DNA of 44,441 nucleotides from a virus (taxonomy: Duplodnaviria; Heunggongvirae; Uroviricota; Caudoviricetes), in IMG/VR virus record IMGVR_UViG_2778261530_000005; one strand, given 5' to 3'. Position numbers and translations under genes: made by a program. Below the pieces are notes generated by a model. That model was given only the letters and a program-made list of their open reading frames with translations. It ran no database searches and was not told the DNA's origin. Within the stretch, counting starts at the first letter, position 1; each line of letters begins with the position of its first letter. Shown here one piece after another: positions 27,950-38,097 of this stretch.

Positions 27950-28891
27950 ATGATTACTTTTGATCAGGCAACCGTTGACAGCTCTGGTGCCTTTCTCATC
28001 GGGGAGCTGGAGCGACTCGACCAGACGCTGAACCTGCCACTGGTGGGGTACACCTGGACCCGCGATATTCAGTTGCGTGAAGATGTCTCTATCGCAGATG
28101 ACATTTCCAGCTGGACGAATACCAGCTTCGCCGCTGCGGGTACTGGTGCAAATCCGAATGGCAAAAACTGGGTAGGCAAAGACTCAACCGCTATTGCTGG
28201 CGTGAACGTGGATACCGGCAAATCCGGTAACCCGCTGAACCTGTGGGGGATGGAACTTGGCTGGACGGTCATAGAATTGCAGGCTGCTCAGCAGGTCGGC
28301 CGCCCGATTGATACGCAGAAGTATGACGGGATGCAACTGAAATGGCAGATGGATAACGATGAACAGGTATATGTTGGCGATTCCGCATTAAACCTGAAAG
28401 GCCTTGTTACCCTGGACGGCGTGCCTGTCAACAACGCTGCCAAAACGTGGGCAACCTCAACACCGGACGAAATCCGCGCAAGCATTAACCAGGTGCTGTC
28501 TGATGCGTGGGCCGCTTCTGGTTACTCTGTGGTCCCGCGTGATTTGCTGATCCCGCCTGAACAGTTTGCTCTGTTGTCCAGCATCATCGTTTCATCTGCG
28601 GGTAACCAGTCCCTGTTGACGTACCTTCAGACCAACACCATCAGCTATCACCAGAACGGTGTTCCGCTGAATATCCGCGCGGTTAAATGGCTGAAAGGCC
28701 GTGGTGTGGGGAATAAGGATCGCATGGTTGCGTACACCAACGATAAAAAATACGTCCGCTACCCGCTGGTTCCGCTTCAGAGCGTGCCGGTGCAGTATCG
28801 CGGCCTGTATCAGATCGTCACTTACTACGGCAAGCTGGGTGCAGTCGAGCCAGTGTATAAAGAAACTCTGTCCTATGTGGACGGTATCTGA
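27950..28891 (+). CDS. Major capsid protein
   Basis: 313 aa in canonical position after scaffold/decoration genes; resembles capsid proteins of SfV/e14-type phages from memory. Confidence 0.75.
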   Translation: MITFDQATVDSSGAFLIGELERLDQTLNLPLVGYTWTRDIQLREDVSIADDISSWTNTSFAAAGTGANPNGKNWVGKDSTAIAGVNVDTGKSGNPLNLWGMELGWTVIELQAAQQVGRPIDTQKYDGMQLKWQMDNDEQVYVGDSALNLKGLVTLDGVPVNNAAKTWATSTPDEIRASINQVLSDAWAASGYSVVPRDLLIPPEQFALLSSIIVSSAGNQSLLTYLQTNTISYHQNGVPLNIRAVKWLKGRGVGNKDRMVAYTNDKKYVRYPLVPLQSVPVQYRGLYQIVTYYGKLGAVEPVYKETLSYVDGI

Positions 28892-28931
28892 TAACCAGAA
28901 TGGCCCCGAAAGGGGCCTGAAGGAAACTGAA

Positions 28932-29300
28932 ATGGCGAAAGAAAAGCTGGTTACCATCCATGTTCACACCCCGTTTACGCTGACGCTCGGCGATCAGTCA
29001 AAACAGGAGTTTGGCCGGGGACGGCATAACGTACCGGAAGAGGTCGCGTCGCACTGGTTCACCCAGGCGCACTCTGAGCTTTCCGAAAGCGTGATTAGCG
29101 ACACCGATGATCTGCAACCCATTATCGACGGCCTGCAAGCGCAGATTGCCGACAAAGATAAGCTGATTGCCGATCTGAAAGATGCATTGCTCAAACTGCA
29201 GGAGCAGAACGACAGCCTGCAGGCGCAGATTACTGCCGCCCGGACTGGCGGTAATGGGGCTAAAGATGTCAAAGAATCAAAGTCTGCCAGCGGTAAGTGA
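28932..29300 (+). CDS. Hypothetical head-associated protein with coiled coil
   Basis: 122 aa from [12 protein letters not shown]…; the track's longer ORF overlaps the capsid gene. Confidence 0.45.
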   Translation: MAKEKLVTIHVHTPFTLTLGDQSKQEFGRGRHNVPEEVASHWFTQAHSELSESVISDTDDLQPIIDGLQAQIADKDKLIADLKDALLKLQEQNDSLQAQITAARTGGNGAKDVKESKSASGK

Positions 29301-29673
29301 TTTTCGCCGCGACTTCCCGCAATTTGCTGACCCGGCAAAATATCCCGACGCCCAAATTGGGTTCCGTCTGAATCTGGCCGATGAACTGCTGAGCGAAAAT
29401 GTCACCGGCAAAAAGTTGTTTCCGTACTTTGCCGGGTTGTTCGTTGCTCACTACATGACGCTCTGGGCGGCTGACAGCAGAGCGATGCTGGCTGGTGGTC
29501 CGGGCGGTTCAACCAATGGTGTTCAGTCCTCAAAGTCCGTGGATAAGGTAAGCGTCAGCTATGACACCAGCGCGACGCTGAATCCTGATGCAGGTTTCTG
29601 GAATAACACCCGATATGGCGCTGAATTTTATCAGTTGATCACGATGTTCGGTGCAGGTGGTCGCCAGCTATGA
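29266..29673 (+). CDS. Head-tail connector/completion protein (DUF4054-like)
   Basis: 135 aa from [10 protein letters not shown]…; position between capsid and tail genes. Confidence 0.45.
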   Translation: MSKNQSLPAVSDFRRDFPQFADPAKYPDAQIGFRLNLADELLSENVTGKKLFPYFAGLFVAHYMTLWAADSRAMLAGGPGGSTNGVQSSKSVDKVSVSYDTSATLNPDAGFWNNTRYGAEFYQLITMFGAGGRQL

Positions 29674-30224
29674 GTTTCAAAAGCGGTGTAACAACGAGGG
29701 TGGATAACGCTAAGGCCATTCTGGATGCGCTCAGGTCGTTAACCAAAAAAGATGTGCTGGTCGGCATCCCTTCGGAAGACAGCGAGCGGGATGATGTTCC
29801 GTTTGGTAATGCGGGCATCGGTTACCTCAACGAATACGGCTCACCAGAGCAGAACATCCCGCCACGACCTCACCTGGTCCCCGGCGTTAAATCGGCAGAA
29901 GAGCAGACGGTGCCGCAGCTCAAAGCCGCGGCGCAGGCTGCACTTGATGGTAATGCTGCGGGAGCAGAACGCGCACTCAACCGTGCCGGAACGCTGGCCG
30001 CTAATGGCGTCAGGCGTTACATGACCATTACCGGCTTTACGCCGCTTGCTGACAGTACTGTTGAAGCCCGGGCTCGTCGGGGGCGCAAGGGGGCAACAAT
30101 GGAACTTGCCCGGCGTGCTGCTGGCGAATCTCCGGGAACCGAACTGGCGAAACCATTAATTGACACCGGGCAATATCGCAGAGCTATTACCCATGTTGTG
30201 AGGGATAAAAATGCCGACTCTTGA
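29670..30224 (+). CDS. Hypothetical head-tail joining protein
   Basis: 184-aa ORF with overlapping start/stop in the structural operon. Confidence 0.45.
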   Translation: MSFKSGVTTRVDNAKAILDALRSLTKKDVLVGIPSEDSERDDVPFGNAGIGYLNEYGSPEQNIPPRPHLVPGVKSAEEQTVPQLKAAAQAALDGNAAGAERALNRAGTLAANGVRRYMTITGFTPLADSTVEARARRGRKGATMELARRAAGESPGTELAKPLIDTGQYRRAITHVVRDKNADS

Positions 30225-30600
30225 TGTAACAGATGTGCTTTTTGACCCCGATTTTTGCGACTTCAATTTGTGGGTAACACGCCGTGTGCAAACGGTGGAT
30301 GAGGACGGGATCGGCAGCGACAGCGAAGTTAAAAAGCAGTTTGCCGGAGTCGTTACTGTTGATCGCTCTCTGGAAAACCGTCGTATGCAGGCCGGGCAGG
30401 TAATCAGTGGTGCAATTCTGATTGTGACGACTGAGCGACTGACACAGGGACAGACTGGCCGTGATGCCGATATCGTGACGTATCAGGGCCGTGATTATCG
30501 TGTGACCTTCGTCGACCCGTATACAGCTTATGGGGCCGGATTCGTTCAGGCGCATTGTGAGTTGATGCCGTTTGATGGGGGAACTCCGGTTGAGCAATAA
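30211..30600 (+). CDS. Hypothetical head-tail joining protein
   Basis: 129-aa ORF, translationally coupled in the structural operon. Confidence 0.45.
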   Translation: MPTLDVTDVLFDPDFCDFNLWVTRRVQTVDEDGIGSDSEVKKQFAGVVTVDRSLENRRMQAGQVISGAILIVTTERLTQGQTGRDADIVTYQGRDYRVTFVDPYTAYGAGFVQAHCELMPFDGGTPVEQ

Positions 30601-31138
30601 CACCAGTACAGAGCGCGGATGGTTAATACCAACCAGTGGCGATCCGGATTATGACGAAGCGCTCGACAGGCTGTTAAGCCAGTGGATGCGTAACGTTTCC
30701 GGTCTGTCTGCCGGGATGGTTCGCCCGCGCTGGCAGAAAGAGCAGCCGCCACTGCTACCGGTTGAAACGAACTGGTGTGCGTTTGGGGTTATCGGATGGT
30801 CAGGTGATGACAGTCCGGCATTCACCAGACAGACCGATGATGGCTCTCAGCTCTGGCGGCATGAAACGATTGAGTGTATGGCTTCGTTTTATGGACCGGC
30901 GGGGATGGTGTATGCGTCCCGGTTTCGTGACGGTATATCTGTGCCGCAGAACAATGCAGCACTGAATGCGCTGGGGCTGTCTCTTGGCGATTACACAGGT
31001 CTGACTCCCTTCCCTGAACTTATTAATCAGCAATGGGTCCGCCGCTACGATATGACGGTGCGCCTGCGCCGGAAGGTTGTGCGTGAGTACGGTATTAAAT
31101 CGCTGGTGGAAGCACCAGTCATCTTTTTCGGAGATTAA
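30572..31138 (+). CDS. Hypothetical tail completion protein
   Basis: 188-aa ORF immediately upstream of the sheath gene; track start is TTG, true start uncertain. Confidence 0.45.
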   Translation: MMGELRLSNNTSTERGWLIPTSGDPDYDEALDRLLSQWMRNVSGLSAGMVRPRWQKEQPPLLPVETNWCAFGVIGWSGDDSPAFTRQTDDGSQLWRHETIECMASFYGPAGMVYASRFRDGISVPQNNAALNALGLSLGDYTGLTPFPELINQQWVRRYDMTVRLRRKVVREYGIKSLVEAPVIFFGD

Positions 31139-31141
31139 GCT

Positions 31142-32287
31142 ATGGCACAGGGCTTGCCTGTATCAAACGTTGTTAATGTTGATGTGATCATGTCGCCGCG
31201 TGCAGCATCAGGGCGAAATTTTGGTGCATTACTCATTCTCGGCCCGTCCACAATCATTCCGGTAAGTGAGCGCATTCGCCGTTATTCTGCCGCGGAAGAT
31301 ATTGGAAAAGATTTTGGCGTGGAATCACCAGAATATAAGGCTGCGCAGGTGTTTTTCTCTCAATCACCGAAACCTCAGGAGGTTTTTGTTGGTCGTTGGG
31401 TGAAAACGAAGGGAGACAGCGAACAGGCCACGCCTGAGACGCTGGAGCAGGCTGTGAATGCCATGCTTGATTATACTTCATGGTATGGGCTGGGGATTGC
31501 AGACGATGAAGATATTCCGGATGCAGACTGGCTGAAAGTGGCTGCGGCGATCGAATCCTCTTCTGTAAGCCGTATTCTGGCGATTACGACAAGCGATGAG
31601 AAATGCCTGCAGACTGCATCCAGCGATGATTTGGCATCAAAACTGAAAGCCGCCGGATATTCACGCAGTTTTATTCAGTATTCATCGGGTAATAAATACG
31701 CTGCGTTATCTGCATTTGGCCGGGCATTCACGGTTAATTTCAATGGCAGTAATACCGCGATTACGCTCAAGTTTAAGCAGGAGCCGGGTGTCGGGTATGA
31801 AACACTGACAGTCAGCCAGGCATCGGCACTTGATGCAAAAAACTGCAATGTGTTCGTGTACTACCAGAATGATACAGCTATCCTCCAGCAGGGAGTGATG
31901 GCTAACGGCGATTTCTTTGATGAACGCCACGGCCTGGACTGGTTACAGAATTATGTGCAGACCAACCTCTATAACCTGCTTTATACCAGCACCACGAAAG
32001 TTCCCCAGACTGAAGCCGGTATTACCCGACTGTTATCAAATGTTGAAAAATCACTGGATCAAGCCGTTCAGAATGGACTGATTGCTCCGGGCGTATGGAA
32101 CGGGGGCGACCTTGGTCAGTTGTCATCAGGTGACACACTGCCCAAAGGTTATTACGTATACGCTCAGCCGCTGGATGAACAGGCTCAATCAGAACGTGAA
32201 GCCCGTAAGGCTCCGGTGATTCAGGCTGCAATAAAACTTGCAGGCGCGGTTCATTACGCTGACGTACAGATTAACGTTGTTCGCTAA
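31142..32287 (+). CDS. Tail sheath protein
   Basis: 381 aa directly preceding the tube protein and chaperone/tape-measure genes; resembles sheath proteins of Mu/SfV-type tails. Confidence 0.75.
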   Translation: MAQGLPVSNVVNVDVIMSPRAASGRNFGALLILGPSTIIPVSERIRRYSAAEDIGKDFGVESPEYKAAQVFFSQSPKPQEVFVGRWVKTKGDSEQATPETLEQAVNAMLDYTSWYGLGIADDEDIPDADWLKVAAAIESSSVSRILAITTSDEKCLQTASSDDLASKLKAAGYSRSFIQYSSGNKYAALSAFGRAFTVNFNGSNTAITLKFKQEPGVGYETLTVSQASALDAKNCNVFVYYQNDTAILQQGVMANGDFFDERHGLDWLQNYVQTNLYNLLYTSTTKVPQTEAGITRLLSNVEKSLDQAVQNGLIAPGVWNGGDLGQLSSGDTLPKGYYVYAQPLDEQAQSEREARKAPVIQAAIKLAGAVHYADVQINVVR

Positions 32288-32297
32288 GGGGAAGTGA

Positions 32298-32738
32298 ATG
32301 TCTACCTATTCTTTTATGGATGTCACTGCGACGCTGACCGGGCCGACCGGTTCGATTGACCTCGGGTACGGTTCTGCAAGTTCTGAAGAGGGGATTGTGG
32401 TTGCGATGGGCGGTCCTAAAAACACCATGACCATCGGTGCTGATGGCGAAGTGATGCACAGTCTCCATGCAGATAAAAGCGGGACGATTACCGTTAACCT
32501 TCTGAAGACATCACCGACAAATAAAAAATTGTCGCTGGCGTATAACGCACAGAGCCAGTCTTCTGCCACATGGGGGAATAACGTTATTGTGATCCGCAAC
32601 AAGGTCAGCGGCGACATCATCACGGCACGTAGTGTTGCGTTCCAGAAACAACCGGATAATGCCAACGCTAAAACCGGTAATACGATGCCGTGGGTGTTTG
32701 ACTGCGGCAAGATTGACCAGGTTCTCGGGGAGTTTTAA
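32298..32738 (+). CDS. Tail tube protein
   Basis: 146-aa ORF between sheath and chaperone genes. Confidence 0.65.
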   Translation: MSTYSFMDVTATLTGPTGSIDLGYGSASSEEGIVVAMGGPKNTMTIGADGEVMHSLHADKSGTITVNLLKTSPTNKKLSLAYNAQSQSSATWGNNVIVIRNKVSGDIITARSVAFQKQPDNANAKTGNTMPWVFDCGKIDQVLGEF

Positions 32739-32741
32739 TAC

Positions 32742-33194
32742 ATGGAATTCGAAATCAAAGGCGTGAAATATCGCGCGGCAAAACTCAGCGTTTTTGACCA
32801 GCTGAAAGTGACCCGCAAACTTCTTCCGGTACTGGCGGGGATGATGTCAGATTTCGGGAGCATTCGCTCCCGTTTGCCTGCTGATGGCAAAATCGACACC
32901 GTGAAATTCGAGCAGTTAAAACCGGTGTTTGAAACCATGCTCCCGCGTATCGCTGAGGAACTGTCTTCCCTGACCGAAGATGACACCGATGCGATTATTC
33001 ATCCCTGTCTTGCGGTGGTATCGCGGCGTCATATGGACGGATGGGTGCCGGTATTTACCCGGGGCGAACTGATGTTTGATGATATTGACCTGCTGGTCAT
33101 GCTGCAGCTGGTGGCGCGGGTGGTCGCCGATTCGCTGGGAAATTTTTTGCCTACACCCCTTACCAGCACGACGCAGAGCCTGCAACAGGGCTGA
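32742..33194 (+). CDS. Tail assembly chaperone with candidate -1 frameshift extension to about 33380
   Basis: 150 aa upstream of the tape measure; T_TTT_TTG heptamer at 33143-33149 with an open -1 frame of 77 codons ending at the tape measure start. Confidence 0.55.
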   Translation: MEFEIKGVKYRAAKLSVFDQLKVTRKLLPVLAGMMSDFGSIRSRLPADGKIDTVKFEQLKPVFETMLPRIAEELSSLTEDDTDAIIHPCLAVVSRRHMDGWVPVFTRGELMFDDIDLLVMLQLVARVVADSLGNFLPTPLTSTTQSLQQG

Positions 33195-33371
33195 CGTTTA
33201 ACAGCCTGCCGGACGGGCTGTCCTACCTTCTCAATCCGGTTGACGCCGGGTTAATTCCTTATACAGCACTTAAAGATGGCTCTGTCGATTTGTACGACAT
33301 TGCTCTCTTGAATGACCATCTGGCGGTAAAAGCGGATAACCAGCGGCGCATTGAGAAATGGAGAGAGGATA

Positions 33372-35378
33372 ATGAACGCTGAAACTATTAAAGATTTCCT
33401 CGTCTCGCTTGGCTTCAGTGTGGATGATGCAGGAGCGAAAAAGTTCGGTTCTGTCCTCGCCGGTACAACTGCAAATGTCATCAAAATGGGGCTGGCTGTT
33501 GAAGGGGCTGCGCTGTCCGTGGTGGCCTTCACGGCTAAGATCGCCTCCGGTCTGGATAATCTTTACTGGGCGTCACAGCGCACCGGCGCGACGGTCCAGG
33601 GAATTCAGTCTATTGGCTATGCGGTTTCGCAGGTTGGCGGCAGTGTGGACGCTGCGCGATCTTCTCTGGAAAGCCTCTCCCGGTTTATTCGTAACAATCC
33701 CGGAGCAGAAGGCTTTCTGAATCGCCTGGGCGTACAGACCCGTGATGCCAGCGGTAACATGCGTGACATGGCTGCTATCTTTACGGGCGTTGGACAGAAA
33801 CTCAGCAGCATGCCGTATTACCGGGCTAACCAGTATGCGCAGATGCTGGGCATTGACGAAAATACCCTGATGGCTATGCGTCGCGGAGTGGGGCAGTTCA
33901 GCGCTCAGTATTCAGAAATGGTGAAAGCGATCGGATTTAATGCCGATCAGGCTGCCTTATCGTCAAACCGGTTTATGACCTCGCTGAAATCGCTCGGTGA
34001 AATGGCCGGGATGGCGCGGGACAAAATCGGATCGAATCTTGCGGACGGACTGGCGGGGCAGATTGATAACCTGCGCAAAAAGATAATTGAAAATTTTCCC
34101 AAAATTGAAGTCACCATCACAAAGGTCATAAAAGGGATCCTCTGGCTGGGTGAGATAGTCGGGCGGGTAGCATTTCGGATAGTCGATGGTGTCGGAGATA
34201 TCATCGAGTGGTGGGGGAAACTGGATGCCGAAACGAAAACCCTGATAGAGGTTATCGGCGGCCTGGTTGTCGCCATGCGGATACTTAACTCTACTTTCTG
34301 GATGTCACCTATAGGGCTGATTACTGGTCTGATCGTGGCTCTCGGTCTCTTGTGGGAAGACTACAAAACATGGAAAGAAGGCGGTAACAGCCTTATCGAC
34401 TGGGAAAAATGGCAACCGGCAATAGATAAAGCGAAGGATGCGATCACCTGGTTCCGCGACAAATTACTCGAGCTGAAAGACAGCGTGGGGGGATGGCAAA
34501 AATCATTGGAAATCCTCGGTACATTCATCGCGGGTGTCTGGATATCCAAGGTTCTGGGGGCTTTCGGAAAAATATCAGGTTTGCCGATCCCACCCTGGCT
34601 TAAATTGTGGGCGCTTTACGCGGGTTATATTGTTAGTGACAGAGAAAATATTGCCGATAGCGCAAAATCTTCACTGAGGTATACGAAGCGAATTATCGGC
34701 GACACGCTGGCTGCTATTGGTATAAAAACAGATATCGGACGCAGGGATGTCAGTGAGGTCCGTGAATGGCCTGCGTGGATGGACTGGTTGCACGGGGGAC
34801 CCGGTAAAGTTATCCGGCAGGGACAGAGTAACGGTGTAGTGCATGGCTCCAATGTCCAGCCCGACATCCCCGGCGGCGGCACTCTTGCTGATCGCAACAA
34901 TAACCCCGGGAACATTCGCCCGGTGAGCGGTAAAGGGTTCCGTTTTTTCGAATCAGCGCTTGAGGGCTGGGAGGCGATGAAAAACCAGCTCATGCGTTAC
35001 TTTACCGGGAAAACAACCGGACGGGCATTACAGACTATTCAGGATATTGTCAGTACCTGGGCCCCGGCAGGTGATAACAACGATCCGAAAAAGTATGCAC
35101 AGGATGTTGCGAAATGGATGGGAGTATCACCGAATGCAATATTGAATCTTACAGATCCCCGGACTATGGGAGCATTGATGCAGTCGATGGCGCGCAAAGA
35201 AGGTTATTCAAACTGGAACAGCCCGCTGGCGTATAAGGTCGCCGCTGGCAGCCTTAACCAGCAGACTGTTATAAATGTTCATGGAGTTAACAACCCTCAG
35301 GAGGCGGCTAATCTGATCGCTGACAAGCAGGGGGCTGTAAATGCCAGGGCGGTACAGCAATTGAAAGGACCTGCGTAA
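33372..35378 (+). CDS. Tail tape measure protein
   Basis: About 668 aa from MNAETIKDF…; largest tail gene after the chaperone; hydrophobic central segments. Confidence 0.75.
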   Translation: MNAETIKDFLVSLGFSVDDAGAKKFGSVLAGTTANVIKMGLAVEGAALSVVAFTAKIASGLDNLYWASQRTGATVQGIQSIGYAVSQVGGSVDAARSSLESLSRFIRNNPGAEGFLNRLGVQTRDASGNMRDMAAIFTGVGQKLSSMPYYRANQYAQMLGIDENTLMAMRRGVGQFSAQYSEMVKAIGFNADQAALSSNRFMTSLKSLGEMAGMARDKIGSNLADGLAGQIDNLRKKIIENFPKIEVTITKVIKGILWLGEIVGRVAFRIVDGVGDIIEWWGKLDAETKTLIEVIGGLVVAMRILNSTFWMSPIGLITGLIVALGLLWEDYKTWKEGGNSLIDWEKWQPAIDKAKDAITWFRDKLLELKDSVGGWQKSLEILGTFIAGVWISKVLGAFGKISGLPIPPWLKLWALYAGYIVSDRENIADSAKSSLRYTKRIIGDTLAAIGIKTDIGRRDVSEVREWPAWMDWLHGGPGKVIRQGQSNGVVHGSNVQPDIPGGGTLADRNNNPGNIRPVSGKGFRFFESALEGWEAMKNQLMRYFTGKTTGRALQTIQDIVSTWAPAGDNNDPKKYAQDVAKWMGVSPNAILNLTDPRTMGALMQSMARKEGYSNWNSPLAYKVAAGSLNQQTVINVHGVNNPQEAANLIADKQGAVNARAVQQLKGPA

Positions 35379-36028
35379 TGGACTTTTTATCTGTTTTACT
35401 GCAGCAGCGAACCCGCTCAATAGGAATCATTATTCCTGATGTGGTTATTACCGAAAAGCACACTGACGCCCTGGAAATTACGGAACATCCTGTTGAACAG
35501 CCCACGAATGCTGGTGCCAGTGGTGAGGGCGCTGGTTATATATCAGAACACGCATTCAGGCGCCCTTCTGAGGTTGTGATGGAAACCGGTTTTTCCGGAG
35601 GCGGATCGCTGCTTGATTTTGCCAGTAACCTGACGGCTACCAGTTTACTGGGGCTGAGCCCGAAAGAACTGTATCAGGAACTGCTTAACCTGCAGCGGAA
35701 TCGTATTCCTTTCGATGTGACAACCGGCAAGCGTATTTACAACAATATGTTGATAAAAACGCTGGAGGTCACGACCGATAAGAGTAGTGAAAATGTGCTT
35801 CTGGCGACACTTACCCTCAGGGAAGTAATTATTACCTCCACGCAGTCAGTCAGGGTTGCCCCGAAAAACAATATGACCGAGGGAGTCGGAACGTCTGCTG
35901 TGCAGAATACAGGCACCAAAACAACGGTGCCGCCGAATAATTCCATTCTGAAATCGCTGCCACAGATGGCGCAAGAAGGTATCTCCACTGTTGATGGGTA
36001 TTTGAGCAATTTATTTCTGGGAAGGTGA
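35378..36028 (+). CDS. Tail/baseplate protein
   Basis: 216-aa ORF translationally coupled downstream of the tape measure. Confidence 0.45.
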   Translation: MDFLSVLLQQRTRSIGIIIPDVVITEKHTDALEITEHPVEQPTNAGASGEGAGYISEHAFRRPSEVVMETGFSGGGSLLDFASNLTATSLLGLSPKELYQELLNLQRNRIPFDVTTGKRIYNNMLIKTLEVTTDKSSENVLLATLTLREVIITSTQSVRVAPKNNMTEGVGTSAVQNTGTKTTVPPNNSILKSLPQMAQEGISTVDGYLSNLFLGR

Positions 36029-36031
36029 TTC

Positions 36032-36334
36032 ATGAAAGCCGTAGAAATCCCACTGGTTGCTGACAATCAGACTTTTGCCACCACAATTAACGGTTCGGTT
36101 TATCACCTGTCTGTCATCTGGCGAGGCGAGTACTGGGTTCTGGATCTTGCTGACAGCAATGGCTCCGCCATTATATCAGGTATACCGATGATTACGGGGG
36201 CTGACCTGCTGGCACAGTATCGATATATGGATCTGGGTTTTTCTCTGGTGGTGCTCTGCGACGTGGCAGGGCAGGAGAATCCGACGCAATTCGATCTTGG
36301 AACGCTCTCACACCTCTATGTTTTCACGGAGTAA
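36032..36334 (+). CDS. Small tail/baseplate protein
   Basis: 100-aa ORF in the baseplate cluster. Confidence 0.4.
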   Translation: MKAVEIPLVADNQTFATTINGSVYHLSVIWRGEYWVLDLADSNGSAIISGIPMITGADLLAQYRYMDLGFSLVVLCDVAGQENPTQFDLGTLSHLYVFTE

Positions 36335-36336
36335 CA

Positions 36337-37377
36337 ATGTCGAAAAACTGGATGCGTCACTTTGAATTATTGCTTGTTGATGATAAGGGCGACGGGATAA
36401 AAATTTCTGAGCTTAAAGTCACTTTCAATATTCAGAAAATGCCTGCGACCATATTTAATGGATTTGTTGGAAATTTTAAGGTTTATAACCTGTCTCCTAC
36501 CACTCAGAACCGGATTATGCAGAAGGAGTTTTCGCGTATACAGGTTATTGCCGGATACAAGGGGCAACCGGATGCAGCAGGTAATTATCCTGATGAAAAC
36601 GTTGGTATGATATTCAATGGAGATATCCGTTTTACTGTCACTGGTAAAGATAATGCCACAGACAGTTGGATCATGTTGCAGTGTATTGACAGCTGGGAAG
36701 GCCACCTGAACGCAAGTGTGAAAACCACAGTGGCAGCTGGCTGGAAGTACAGCGATCTTTTCAGTCTGGGTATGAAATCATTCGAACCATATGGCATCGA
36801 ATCCGGAGCAGTTCCTGACATGCCTGAAACGGTATTTCCCCGAGGGCGCGTTGTTTATCAAAACACATCAAGGTTGATGAATCATATCGCAGGGCAGTGT
36901 AAAGCTAACTGGTGGTATGAAAATAATCTGGTAAATATTGTTCCTGAAGATAAATATATTGGTGTTGCTACGGTGTTGAATGCTAACACCGGGCTTATCG
37001 GTATGCCACAGCAGACGATGGGAGCTGGCGTAAATGTCAGATGCCTGATTAATCCAAATATTAAGCTCGGTGGGCTTATTCGTCTGGATCAGGCATCTGT
37101 ATACCGTGCCTCTTTGAGTAATGACCAGGTAGCGAAATCGCCAGCACGACTGGATGAGTCTGAAAGCGACGGTAATCTCTACGTTAACGGTCTGCCAGGC
37201 ATGTCACAGCCTGCCAGCATTAATACTGACGGTGATTACATTGTGGGCAGCATTGATTATACTGGCGACACCCGAGGGCAGGCGTGGTATATGGACCTGC
37301 TTTGCCTGGCTAAAGGGAGTAAAAGTTTACTCAATCCTGATACGATAGCGAAAATAAGTGGGGTACCAAATGCTTAA
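36337..37377 (+). CDS. Baseplate/tail protein, possibly hub
   Basis: 346-aa ORF in the baseplate cluster. Confidence 0.5.
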   Translation: MSKNWMRHFELLLVDDKGDGIKISELKVTFNIQKMPATIFNGFVGNFKVYNLSPTTQNRIMQKEFSRIQVIAGYKGQPDAAGNYPDENVGMIFNGDIRFTVTGKDNATDSWIMLQCIDSWEGHLNASVKTTVAAGWKYSDLFSLGMKSFEPYGIESGAVPDMPETVFPRGRVVYQNTSRLMNHIAGQCKANWWYENNLVNIVPEDKYIGVATVLNANTGLIGMPQQTMGAGVNVRCLINPNIKLGGLIRLDQASVYRASLSNDQVAKSPARLDESESDGNLYVNGLPGMSQPASINTDGDYIVGSIDYTGDTRGQAWYMDLLCLAKGSKSLLNPDTIAKISGVPNA

Positions 37378-37612
37378 ATGGATCTTATTACTGGTATATT
37401 TTGTGACTTTGTCTTCTATGGCTGCAGTAACATGCACCACTTCAAATACAGGAACAACTTACTGTGCTGGTACAGACAGTAGTGGTTCTACAGTTAGAAC
37501 AGAATCTTATACAACCAATACAGGCACTACGTATACCACAGGAACGATTAATGGGAATGCAGTACATCGTGAATGCCAGACGACCAATACTGGCACAACG
37601 TACTGTAATTAA
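37370..37612 (+). CDS. Small secreted Thr-rich repeat protein (moron inside baseplate module)
   Basis: 80 aa from MLKWILLLVYFVTLSSMAAV… (signal peptide), then three repeats of T-[ST]-N-T-G-T-T-Y and four Cys; AT-rich; ATG overlaps the preceding stop. Confidence 0.45.
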   Translation: MLKWILLLVYFVTLSSMAAVTCTTSNTGTTYCAGTDSSGSTVRTESYTTNTGTTYTTGTINGNAVHRECQTTNTGTTYCN

Positions 37613-37647
37613 TTTTTTTAAGAAATCAGCTATAGGAGACATTTGTA

Positions 37648-37989
37648 ATGAAGAAAATATTCCTTCTCGCAGTGTTGACTCCAACAATTTGTGTAGGTGG
37701 AACGCTGAATGATTTTTTTGGGCTGCACACCTCACTGGCTGATAACTACATCATCAAGAGAGAGATCACAAATAGGGCTGTTTCTAATGCGGCTATGGAC
37801 GCTGTATCTAATGGTCGTGAGGCGGATTTTGGTGATGAGTTAATGAAAGAACATGGTGATAGTTATGGTGAAATAGCTCTGCGTCAACTCGCTTCCGAGT
37901 GCGGTTATTCTTTTTCCGATAGCGGCCAATCTCTTACGACTCTAAAAAAAGAAGAATGTAGATTGGTGCTATCTGAAAATAAGCAATGA
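37648..37989 (+). CDS. Secreted protein with signal peptide (moron inside baseplate module)
   Basis: 113 aa, MKKIFLLAVLTPTICVGG… signal sequence, AGGAGA ribosome-binding site; AT-rich; followed by a strong terminator. Confidence 0.5.
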   Translation: MKKIFLLAVLTPTICVGGTLNDFFGLHTSLADNYIIKREITNRAVSNAAMDAVSNGREADFGDELMKEHGDSYGEIALRQLASECGYSFSDSGQSLTTLKKEECRLVLSENKQ

Positions 37990-38053
37990 GTTCGCTAAAT
38001 TAACTTTCCACGGTAATTGCTTCTATCGCCATGGAAAGAAAACTAGCTACATA

Positions 38054-38079
38054 AAACCCGCCACCCGGCGGGTTTTTTA
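38054..38079 (+). terminator. Rho-independent terminator after the tail moron
   Basis: AAAACCCGCC-ACCC-GGCGGGTTTTTT hairpin and T-run. Confidence 0.6.
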
Positions 38080-38097
38080 CTTGCTGGAGACATATGA

